Below, one piece after another: positions 35,638 through 45,923 of a DNA stretch of 64,000 bases (within the stretch, counting starts at the first letter, position 1; each line of letters begins with the position of its first letter). The position numbers and the translations under genes were made by a program. The notes below the pieces were generated by a model. It saw only the letters and a program-made list of their open reading frames with translations. It searched no databases and was not told where the DNA came from. The stretch lies in assembly GCA_004431415.1 (NCBI GenBank), contig QPMI01000015.1, forward strand, positions 310,001 to 374,000, in the 5' to 3' direction. Source of the DNA: Cyanophora paradoxa CCMP329. Its lineage: Eukaryota > Plantae > Glaucophyta.

Positions 35638-36587
35638 ATGGCTCAGCCTCTGAGGAGTGTCGCCGGGCCGTCGTCCGGCCCATCGTACGCCGCGCCGCAG
35701 GCGCCGCAGAGCGTTGCCTTCTACCAGGTTCGCTGCAGCGTGCATTCTCGCTTCCGACGACTCATTGAAGCGCGCGCGCTCAGACGAGCTACCAAACAGG
35801 GCCGGACTACACTAGCTCGGCTTATCCTCCACCGGCTTATTCCGCCGACAATGAGCCGCCGCTGCTCGAGGAGCTCGGAATAAACCCCGACCTCATTCTG
35901 CGCAAGACGCTGGCCCTGCTCAAGCCGTCGAAATCCGTCGACCGCACTCTCACTGAGGACGCGGACATGGCTGGGCCGCTCCTCTTGTGCTTGCTCCTCG
36001 GTTTCTTCCTCCTGCTGGTAGGCCGCGTCGCGTTCTCTGCGCTCGTACCGGTGTCAACCTCGCTCGTCCAGACGGGCAAGGTGCATTTCGGCTACATCTA
36101 TGGGCTCGGCGCGTGTGGCTGCATCGGCATCTATTTCGTCATCAACCTCATGGATCAGCAGAACAGTGGTTTGCGCTTCTCATACGGCTGCGCCGCTGAG
36201 ACCCTAACTTTTTGCTCAGGTGTTGATCTGTACCGTTGCACCTCAATCCTCGGCTACTGCCTTCTCCCTATCGTGTTCCTGGCGTTTTTGACGCTGATAG
36301 TACCGGTCATGTACGTGCTTTAGCTCTTTAAAGCCCACAAAGTATCAACTATGACTGATGTTTTGCCCAGGTCTGCCATCGGGTTTGTGGTATCTGCTCT
36401 TAGCATCGGCTGGGCGACGTACATGGCCTCTGGCATCTTCATGGAATCCTTCAATATGAAGGAGCAGCGCATCTTGATTGCCTACCCAGTGGGCCTCTTT
36501 TGTGCGTCGGCTTCAAGGCTTTCTCGAATTGCTGTCGCCTGACTCCGTTTTGCAGATACATGCTTTGCGCTGATTACTATATTTTAG
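35638..36587 (+). CDS. YIP1: Yip1/YIPF5-family Golgi/ER membrane protein
   Basis: NEPPLLEELGIN, DMAGPLLLCL, GKVHFGYIYG, SILGYCLLP, LIAYPVGLFYTCFALITIF*. Confidence 0.93.
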
Positions 36588-36667
36588 ATACTTTGCAGAG
36601 CAGTACTGTCCACTCTAATCTGGATCATCACACTAGGGCCAAAACCGACGGGCATGCGGGACTCGTG

Positions 36668-36740
36668 CTTGAACGAATCGACCCGGCCCATGCCTGTGAG
36701 GGAAAAGAACGTGACCCGCGGGAGCCGGAGGAACCCCCGT
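36668..36740. repeat. Dispersed repeat, copy 1 (partner at 38680-38748)
   Basis: Shared CTTGAAC.AATC.ACC..TGCCTGTGAGGGA.AAGA.CG..ACCCGCGGG...CCCCGT. Confidence 0.65.
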
Positions 36741-37033
36741 GATCCGCGGGAGCTGGTGCCAGCTGCAGGCCAGACCTGAACAGCATAAACTTCCCATAAA
36801 TGTGACCCGCTGCAGCTGGCAGCTGGCATCGATCTACCGTGGCTTGCACACACCTCAGGGCCTCCATATCGCGAGATCCCCGGCCCCCGGGCCCCGGCCC
36901 ACGCGCGCGCGCTGGCCGCCGCACATGGACATATTCACGGCCGCACACCGCCGGCACAGTGCACACCACCAGGCTGGCACCAGCCCGCGGCCAGGACCCA
37001 CTGGGAGTTGATGCCGACGCTCTTCGTCGAAAA

Positions 37034-37117
37034 TGCAGGGTGTGGGGTTCGAACCCACGCCTCCGTAAAGAGACCTGAACTTGAGTCAGGCGCCTTAGAC
37101 CACTCGGCCAACCCTGC
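37034..37117 (-). tRNA. tRNA-Leu(CAA), intronless, long variable arm
   Basis: GCAGGGTTGGCCGAGTGGTCTAAGGCG-CCTGA CTCAAGT TCAGG-...-GTGGGTTCGAACCCCAC-ACCCTGC-A, followed by a TTTT Pol III terminator. Confidence 0.97.
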
Positions 37118-37843
37118 GTCCCCCGATTTAACGCTTTTCGGGTCGGCCTGGTTCGAATCCGAGACCCCTGGTTCCGGCCTGCTCCCGGAATAGTCGGCCT
37201 GGTCGGGGCAGTCGACCATGTTGCAGGATGGCGCGCTCGCCGGAGTCTCTCCAGCGCAATGTGGATTACTCCCGCGAGTTCATGCGCAAGTACAGGCGCT
37301 CGCCCCGCGGCCGCTTGCTCAGGGCGCTCTACCGCGCGAGGGACAGCACGCAAGCGAAGGCCGCGGCGCACGCGGAGCGCATCGCGCTGCGCCGGCTCGC
37401 GAGCCTCGCGAGGAGAGGCCCTCGGGCGCCTCGGCGCCCGCAGGGCCGCCCCCGCGCGCTCGCCGCGCACCACAGGATCTAGTGGATCGACGCGCTCGCC
37501 GCGCTCGCCGCTCTCCGGCTCGAGGTCGACGCTGCCCACGGCACCTACCGCCTCTAGGCGCCTTGAGCTTGAGCTTGTTTCAGCGACGTGTTTTCGCTCA
37601 AGTCGAAAAAAAGTAGTCCGGTTGGATCAAATTGGCGCTAAAGAAAGAGCAGGAGCCAACGTTAACAAGCGCAGGCGCGCCGAGCTTGCCCGACGGCCAG
37701 AGCTGCGAGCTTGAGCTGCAGCAGAGTCAATTTTCAATCTTGGGGCCTTATCTGCACCTGGTGACCACAGCTGCAGTCGAGCGCACAGCCCCAGCTGCCG
37801 GCCTGGCGCTCGCCAAGTGGGGCGCATGTCATGCTGCGCGAGG

Positions 37844-38646
37844 ATGCCAAGCGAAAGCCATGCAGGAGAGCAGGTGAACGGAGAGGTGCTGATTTTGGGG
37901 CCCGTTGATGCTGGCAAGTCGCTTCTCGTCAAGCAGCTGCGCCTGCTCGGTGCGTGCTGCACCACACGATACGGACCCGCCTAACCGTGCAGTCTCAAAG
38001 CGTTGCGTGCTCGCGCGCAGCCAAGGCGAAGGCCGAGGTCGATGCTGAACCGGCCGGCCTGCCTGAAACTCAGCCGACGGTGCGCCGCGCTAACCCCACA
38101 GCCCGCGGCTTGCCAAACTCGCGCCATATTCCAGACTGGCACCGAGGTGGATTACATAACGGCTGGAAAGTACACGTACAAAGTCCGTGAGATGGGAGGC
38201 ACGTTCATTGAGCTGTGGCCGAAGTACTTCGCAGCTGCAATCGCAGTTATCGTGCGCAGTTTCTCCATCATTTCCCATCTTTATTATCGCGCTTACGCGC
38301 GGTGCCTCAGTTCGTGGTGGATTCGGCCAGTGCCGAGACGTTGTCCACTTCATCTGTCGAGGTTTTCAGACTTCTTGGAGATAGCGAGCTGAAGGCTCGC
38401 AGGATCTTGTTGCTGTTTAACAAGCGGTACAGTGAAGATTTGCTCTTCGCTTCGAATTCGAGGGGATCTGAAATATATCACAGCGATGCCCCCTGTGCTT
38501 GCCCCCGGGAATTGCTCGATCTGTTCTTCAGGCCAAGGGAGCTCGTCTCCATGAAAAAGAAGAGCGGAGTCGAACTGGATGTGCTGGAAGGCTCAGCTAC
38601 CCAGCAGGAGACTATACAAAAGGTACTTGACTGGCTTGCTCTTTGA
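37844..38646 (+). CDS. ARL16: ARF-like small GTPase ARL16
   Basis: LILGPVDAGKSLLVKQL, ETQPTTG, atypical G3 VREMGG (ARL16-type rather than WDxGG), FVVDSAS, LLLFNK.DAPC, KVLDWL*. An alternative in-frame ATG lies at 37826. Confidence 0.85.
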
Positions 38647-38679
38647 AAAAGCTACCGGCTCGCGATTACGCCGTCTACT

Positions 38680-38748
38680 CTTGAACAAATCAACCGTGCC
38701 TGTGAGGGAGAAGAGCGCAACCCGCGGGGGGCGGAGAGGGCACCCCGT
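38680..38748. repeat. Dispersed repeat, copy 2 (partner at 36668-36740)
   Basis: See copy 1. Both copies are also followed by GGCTTGCA (36841 and 38782). Confidence 0.65.
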
Positions 38749-39120
38749 CTGATAGAATAGTTGGGGATGGCGGCCTAGGCTGGCTTGCAAAGGACTAAGC
38801 TATATCGAAGGTAGCCTAGTTAGTAGCACTTCGACACATTAACTAACTACATTGATATCGCTGCATGTGGGCTAAATGTACAAGTGAAGAACCTCGGGCC
38901 CAGCCCACGATCAAACTGACCAGCCGGACCCTGAGTGGCCCTCTAATTATGCCGTTATATTAATATGGCTAAAGTGACCCCACCGTGATCTAGATCCTGA
39001 TGCAAGTCGCTCCCCATGCAGCTGTGCCTGCTCAGTGCACTCTGAACGAAGAGAACCAGAATCCGCTACATGCTACATGCGGCAGTGCCATGCTGCACTG
39101 CGGCATCTCCTGATTACACG

Positions 39121-39755
39121 CTATTCTTTACTCTGGACTTCTTGCACAAGTGGCCGTTTTCGTTGACCCTTCTTGGGCGGGTCGCCTGGCATCCGAAGCT
39201 CCCCATCTGCAGCTGAATCTTCTCGCTTCTGCACGTCGAAAATGCCCATGGCGAGGTTCTGATCGTCGTGGGCGTGGGGGCAGATTAGATTCGAAAGACG
39301 CGTCTCGGAGCAGTCGCTCAGCACGCGGCATGCACCATTTCGATGTAATGCCCATTTTCCTCATCTACTTTCTCTATGTCGAAAGCGTCCGGCGTTGAAG
39401 CCTCGATCTGCTCCTGCAGCGTCTCGTTCGCCTTCGCTATCTGCGGAAGGAACTCGGCGACCCGTCCTAACACTGCGGGCGCGCTTGAGTGAAGGGCGGC
39501 GGCAAAGTACGCGATACAGCATCAACATACAGGCGGAAGGAACAGCCACACGCTCAGTCTTGAGCGCTATGGGCTTCTCCGGCGCGCCGCTCTTCTCGCC
39601 GACGAGGAGAATCGAAGGTTTGGCTGCGTATGTGTCATCTACAGCTCACGTAGCTAACGCAATCGAAGCCGCTCGAGGCCCCGCGCCCGCGCTAGCGCAC
39701 CCGGCGGGATCTCGAGGAGCCCGCCGTCCTTCTTCGGGGTCGGCGGGTTCGACAT
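39121..39755 (-). CDS. NOPCHAP1/C12orf45-like protein (DUF4598; box C/D snoRNP chaperone)
   Basis: Spliced VLGRVAEFLPQIAKANETLQEQIEASTPDAFDIEKVDEENGHYIEM-NLAMGIFD...RPLVQEV matches the DUF4598 FLP..AN / IEM.L..G.F motifs. Confidence 0.8.
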
Positions 39756-39878
39756 GCGCCACTTAACACCTCAAGCGGGTGGTGCGAGCGCCGGCGCTGG
39801 GATCGGAACTGGGTGGAGGCTGGAGGCGGAAGCGTTGCCGCAAACGAAGCTATACCCCCGCAGCGCGCTTTGGCTGCG

Positions 39879-41737
39879 ATGCGCACCCGCAAGGTCGTGC
39901 TGGCCTGCGTCGTGCTGGCCTGCATCGCCATACCGCTCGTCGCGGCAGGCCCCGCGAAGGTGCCCGCGCTGTCGGTCCCTGCCAGCGCAAAAACTGACCG
40001 GCCTCGCAGAAGAAGGCAGGCGGCGTACGCACGCAGTCGTCGAAGCCGGTTCGTAGATCGCGCGTACGGTATCGTGCTGCGCGAGCGAGCTAAGCCGCAC
40101 GCAGGCGGGAGGGAGGCGCGGCCCTGCGGCTGCGTTCACCGCGCCCCCAGCAAGGACACCGACCCCTAAGCCGCGAACACCGCGCGCGAAAGCTGGCGAG
40201 CAATTCAAAGCTAAGGCTGGTGCGCTGAAGGGGAAGCAAGCGAGCGCGAGTGCAGCATCGAAGCGCAATCCCTACGATGCGGTGCGGCACTCCAGCTGCG
40301 CCCAGCATCACCGAGCGCGATGCGACGTACTGCGCAGTACGCGAAGACCGAGGTCACGCCGGAGCAGTCGAAGACCATCGAGTACATGCTCCGTAGAAGT
40401 GCAGAGTCGCCTTTGATCAAGATGAGCTCCTCCGACTACCAGCGCTACATCCTTTCGTTCCCGCGTCCGTTTGGAGTCGTCGTCCTCTTCACAGCGAACG
40501 AAAAAGGGGCTTTGCCGAACAAACAAGGTTCGTTGTATATGCTTGTGCTCCTGTTCCCCACTTGCAGCTCACCTCGATCTGCAGATTGCCAGCTTTGCAG
40601 GTCTTTTTTTCTCGGATTATTAATTATTTCTTATTCGGCCCAGAGATCCGACTCGATCTTGCAGGCAATTGACCGAGGAGGTCGAGGCCCTTGCTGCCTC
40701 GTGGTGGATGAATCGTGATGCTGCCTCCGGTCGCCTCTTTTTTGTCATGGTGGACTTTAAAGACAATCAACAGGCCTTCCAATACGTGTGTGGTTTGCAG
40801 TGGATTTATCTCGGCTCGTCTAATGCCCTCCGCAGCACCAACTCCAGTCTGTTCCAGGGCTCATCCACATGCCCCCCTATGCTAGTAAGAAGAAGCCCAA
40901 GGATGGGAAGATCTACGACCAGGAAGATGTCTGCAGCTTCAAGCAGGGTCTTCATGCAGAGGCGCTGGGAAAGTGGGTTGCTGAAAGAGCACCATTCAGG
41001 GTCAGCACGCACCTGCAGTGCACCAATCCTTACACTTTACTCAGAATTTCGTACAGTTGGTCGTGTTCCGGTCGCCTATGAAGAAGTTCGCACTCGGCAT
41101 GGCCTTGTGTGCAGTTTGCTTCATCATGTTCTTCTTTGGCAAGAAGATTGCTGCGGTGCTCAGGGCTGTGTGTTATTGTTGAAGAAATCCTAAGCCATTC
41201 CCGAGCAGAAAGTTGTGCGGGAATCGAAGTACATTGTCCTCACGGTGGCAATGGTTCGTTGTCGTGAGAATGCCCTCACACTTCATCCATCTTAACTGGA
41301 GCCATCCAGCTTGTCTACTGGCTCAGCATCTCGGGAATCATGTTCGACATCATCCACACACCACCTTTCTACTACATTCACCCTTACACGGGCAAGTACG
41401 TGTTCATCTCTCCCGGAGCCCGCCAGCAATTCATCTTGGAGGGCCTCATTGCTGGGCTTCTGAGTGTGTTCTTCTTATCCATTTATGGCTACCCCCTCTT
41501 ATTTTTCTTGCAGGCATGGTGGCAGCCATGGGTCTCATTATGCTCATTGATGTAGTACCCAGGATACGAAAGGTGGTCGCACAGTACTTCGTGGCCATGA
41601 TTGCTTTCGGCTTCGTTGGCTGCTTCCTCTTCTTGGTCAAGCTGTACTGGATTAAAGCGCCTTACTACGTAAGCTCAAACGATTTCCTCGTGACTAACGA
41701 CTAATGTTTTTGCGACCAGATGATGGTTACAGAATAG
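39879..41737 (+). CDS. OST3: Oligosaccharyltransferase subunit OST3/OST6 (MAGT1/TUSC3 family)
   Basis: Signal peptide, PRPFGVVVLFTA, CQLC redox motif, LFFVMVDF, SGIMFDIIHTPPF, QQFILEGLIAGLL, and C-terminal TM helices. Confidence 0.9.
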
Positions 41738-42009
41738 ATGATCATGGGGCCCCTTGTTTGAAACCCCAATACCCCGTCGCTCATGACCGCTGTCGGCTCG
41801 TTGAGCTGGCTCATTGAATTAACGAGATACTCGGATGCTGCACGGATTCAAAGAAAGTGAGCGGCGTAGTGCGGGTACATGGTCATGGACTCCCGGTGGA
41901 CTACTTGGCCCACTTGGGAGAGAGAGAGAGCAGGTAAAAGACACTCCCTTGGGGAAGCACTTGGATCTTTAAAGTAAAAGACACTCCCCCAATTGCAAGT
42001 TCGTCTTGC

Positions 42010-43558
42010 ATGCTGCGATCGGACTCCCCGCAAGAGCTTGGGGGATACCAGATATCGGGTTCGATGGCGCGCGTGGAAGCGGCCGGCCGGCAGAGGGGAA
42101 CGCAGCCAGCGCCCTTCGCGGGGAATCGGTCGCGTCGCCTCGCTTTCACCGGCACGAAAGAGCCGGCGGCACCTGCAGCGCCGGCAAATGCGCCGTCGAC
42201 CAGCGCCCCCCCGAGCGCGACCGAGCCGCCCAAGAAGGAGAATCCCGGTGCGCATTACTGTGCGCAGCATGGCTCGCGCTGGAGCGGGGCGGGGATCGCA
42301 AGGGCGGCGCGTCGAGGGCACCTGCAATACCTGCATGCACCCACTGGATTGCACGCGATTAGATTGCTTAGATAACGCACCGCCGCGCCCAAGGGATGAA
42401 CGCGGTTTCCGTAGCTAACGCAGCTCGCAGTGTTGGACAAGTTGAAGACCTTGTTCGACCCGCGAGCCGCGCGGGAGGCTGCCAAAGCGCGCCGCAAACC
42501 TCCTCCGGAAGCGCTTTTCAAGATTGCAGACAGTGCGGCACTGTAGAAGGCCCCAGCTAGGTCGCTGTGCTCACCCATCATTCGCAGGCGCGCCGCCAGC
42601 GGTGCTCGGGCTGTGGAAGGCCGTGGACAGGATCACGGCCGCTGTTCCTGGATCCAGCTTCATCGTTGACATGAGCGCGTACGGTGCCATTACGGGAGGG
42701 CTCGAGAAGCTTTTCGGCATTCCGTGGATAACGGGTGGCCTCTTCGCTGGCGCGGTCCTCGGCGCGGCAAAGCCTGCTTTCGGGTCTGCTAGCGAAGTCG
42801 TAGAGGTGCGCAACTGCTGTCGAGGAAGAGGCTGAAAATTGCCTTCTGACCTTGATCGCAGAATGCACTCCTCTCGAGAATAGACCCAGCTGCACCTCCC
42901 GAGCAGTATCGGCAAGTCGTTAGAAAGCCGCAGTTCTGCGGTCCCGAAGTTACATCACACGGGAAGCAAATGCCCGACTTGTCCGGAGACGACAAGACTG
43001 TCCGGTACTTTGCCATTTGTATTGGATTCATGCGTTCTTGACATCTGTGCTCTGTAGGTGTTTGATCCATGGCAAGCGCAACGTTGGCATGGTTGTGGAC
43101 AGGACGAAGGGGCAGGAGCAGTTTGGACCTGTGTACCCGAAGCTCCTGGACGTCGCAGACCGTGTGGGCCTCCGCAGCATAGAATCAGGCCCCTACCGCA
43201 TCTTGTATGCTCCTGGGCATGCTACCGCTGCGCGCAAGGTGCCACGTGTGCTTCGGACAGAAAATTGCTACAAGCCTGACTTGCTAAACAGATTCAGAGG
43301 GCTCTCGCCACAGCAGCTGGCAACAAGACACATGACTGGGTCGTTGGAACCCTTCTCGGATACAGCGAGCGGGACATCAAAGCGGTTTGCTTTCTTTGTG
43401 TCTGCCCAGGTGTTCCTTGCTTACAGGCGCTGCAGTTCTACAAGCAGGAGGTGCCCTACACTGCAGAGCTGTCGAAGCAGAAGGGAGGCCGGCGACTGTT
43501 CGAGGAGGAATACCTCAAGGTTGTTGCAGAGGGCAAGGAGTGGCTTGATAGGAACTGA
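42010..43558 (+). CDS. Hypothetical protein, ~7 exons
   Basis: In-frame GT-AG exon chain ending HDWVVGTLLGYSERDIKA-FYKQE...GKEWLDRN*. The start is uncertain. Confidence 0.55.
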
Positions 43559-43610
43559 TGTGATCATCATATGATACAGAATACGTGTACTCTACAATAC
43601 AACCAAGAAA

Positions 43611-44426
43611 TCAAGATACTCGGGGTCGGCCGGATGCCTTCGCATCACCCTCAATCTTACTCATAGCCCTTGCGAGATACACGTTCTCGGGCTTGCCGCC
43701 TCCTTCTTGGCTCTTTGCCTCTTGACCCTTCTGCATCCTCATCCTTTCCTTCTTGTCCGCGTTCTCTATCTCCTGCACTCGAGCGGCGAACTTGGCTCGG
43801 TCGGCCACGCCCTTGGCTAGCTCCGTTTCCGTGGGCACTGTTTCCCGGCTGTTCCATAGCCAGGCTCGCCATTCTGTGCCGCAGGCGTCAAGGGCGCGAA
43901 AGTGCGCACGCGGCTGGGCAAGCGGACCCGGAGGGATAGTCTCGGGCTCGATGTCGCCATCTTTGTAGTCCACCTGCCTCCGCGGTTTGGCGCCTACGCG
44001 CGCGCTCTCGTCAGCCAACCAGCCAGACAAATAAGCGAAGCGCCAGCCTGGCAGCAAAGCGCGCCGCCCCAGTCAGCGCCGCTTCGCCACACTTCGCTAC
44101 GGCCCCGCAGCGCCGCGACATGCATGCAACGCGCTCGGAGCTTGCGATGCCAAAGCTAGAGGCCGCCGGTAGCACTCCCGCCCGCATCTCCCATGCGCAC
44201 CCTTCGACTCGAAGAAGAGATAGTAGTGGTTGCCGTGAGCGTCCCGACCAACGAGCTCTCGCCCCATCAGCTTATTGAAGACAGCCCTGCTGCTCGTCAG
44301 CGTCCGGGCGCGGGGCGGCGCGGGAGGGCGAGGGGCTGCGCGGGGCGGCCGGCGCGTGGGGCGGCGCGGGGCGGCCGGCGCGTGGGGCGGCGCGTTCAGC
44401 CGGGGGTTGCACCTAAGCCTGTTCAT
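43611..44426 (-). CDS. NDUFAF2: NDUFA12/NDUFAF2 (mimitin)-family complex I assembly factor
   Basis: RELVGRDAHGNHYY, PRRQVDY, IPP-EWRAWLWNSRETVPTETE, then a charged helical tail. Confidence 0.8.
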
Positions 44427-45130
44427 TGCAATTGAACAAACTCGGCCTGTGACACGCGTCTACGGGTACAGCACACACTACGTGCATACGGCACGACTTC
44501 GACGCCGTGAACAAAGGGCCGGGAGAGTCCTGGGGAACGGAGCCCCTCTATCCGGTCCACGCGCTAACCGGCGCCGCACAAGACTGTGGGCGGAAGAGGT
44601 TGGTGGTCAACCAACCGGAGGGAGAGCTAGAGGAGCTAGCTGCATAGCGCTAGCTAGATCTAGATCTAGAGCTGCAGGCGCTGCCTCTTCGCCGGGGGCG
44701 GGGCCGCCGACGAGGACCCGGGGCCAGACGCCTCCGGATCCGGTGCGGGATCCGGGGCTCGAGCTCGAGCTGGAATGTCGACAGCCGGCACCGGGGCCTG
44801 CGCATGTACAAAAACGTTTATCCGGTCAGAGAACGTTTATCTCGGAATTAAAAACACGGGCTGCCGAGCCAGGAGGAGGTGCCCCTCCCATCATACCCCC
44901 GCCCACCCCCGCCCGCCCGCCCGCCCGCCCGCGAGCGCCGCGCCGCAGCTCGAGGCGATTCTGGAGGTGTACCAGATCTAGAAGTTCAAGCACGCGGGGC
45001 CGCCCAAGCTCGCCGCCCCCAGCCAAGCGGAGCTGGACGCGGCCCCGCCGGCTTCTCGCGCGCTGGCGGCGTTCGTGCGCTTCGTGGGCGGGGCGGGGAC
45101 GCGGGTCGTGGGCCACAACATCGTCCGCCT

Positions 45131-45335
45131 CCGATCGTAACTCTAGCGATCGTAACTCCTCTAGCGATCGTAACTCCCGGCTTGCCTCTGGCGATCGTAG
45201 CTCCTCCGATCGTAACTCTAGCGATCGTAACTCTAGCGATCGAGCTAGCGAAGAGTTGGTCAACGAGGCGCGATGTAGCTGTAGCTAGCTAGCTAGCGAG
45301 ACCATAGGCATCTGATAGCTAGCTAGCTAGCTAGA
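45131..45335. repeat. Minisatellite of ~15-bp unit (AG)CGATCGTAACTC(T) x~7, followed by (TAGC)n
   Basis: CGATCG cores at 45132, 45147, 45165, 45192, 45207, 45222 and 45237; TAGC runs at 45282-45333. Confidence 0.85.
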
Positions 45336-45923
45336 GAGTGTGTGCAATCGAGATTGGCTGCTCGCTGGTCACCCGGGTGGGCGCGCGGCGCGGGTGCACG
45401 GGTGCTCCGCGCCGGTCACAGGCCTGCGAGATAAGCTTTAATAAGCTTAGATGCCTGCCGAGATGAGCTTAAATGGTATTTCGGGCTCATTCTTGCATTG
45501 GAAATTCGCAAAGATGCTATCTCGGGTTTTACTCGAGCTCAACCCGCTGATTCTTGCTGTGCGCTCGGACCTGGGGTGCGCGCGGAGTCAGTGTTGCTGT
45601 GCTTGTGGTATGCGAACAGCACGCTCAGATGTTCGAATTCCTCGGATGGCGAGGGCCGTCCAACGTTCGCGGCGCGCGCGACGCTAGAAGCTGGCGTAGT
45701 AGCGCTGATCTTGCGTAGCGCGGCGCTAACGGTCGCTCTGACTCAGCGCGCGGCGCCGCGCGTCGCGTGCGCCAAGACTGGCGAGCGCTTGGCGCTGCAG
45801 CTGCCAAACCGAGGCTGAAGCGCTGTGGGGCCGAGCTCTAGTGAAGGACTGCGAGGGTATACCCCCAGACTGCCAGCAGGCTGGCAGCAGGCTGCAGCAG
45901 CACAGGACCGCCAGCGATGCGTT

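Noticed and set aside
38670-38760. CTTGAACA...CTGA as U3 snoRNA
   Set aside because: Boxes A, B, C' and C are not identifiable and the span is too short.
45131-45245. Possible CRISPR-like array
   Set aside because: Units are ~15 bp and adjacent with no unique spacers, no cas genes are present, and the context is eukaryotic.
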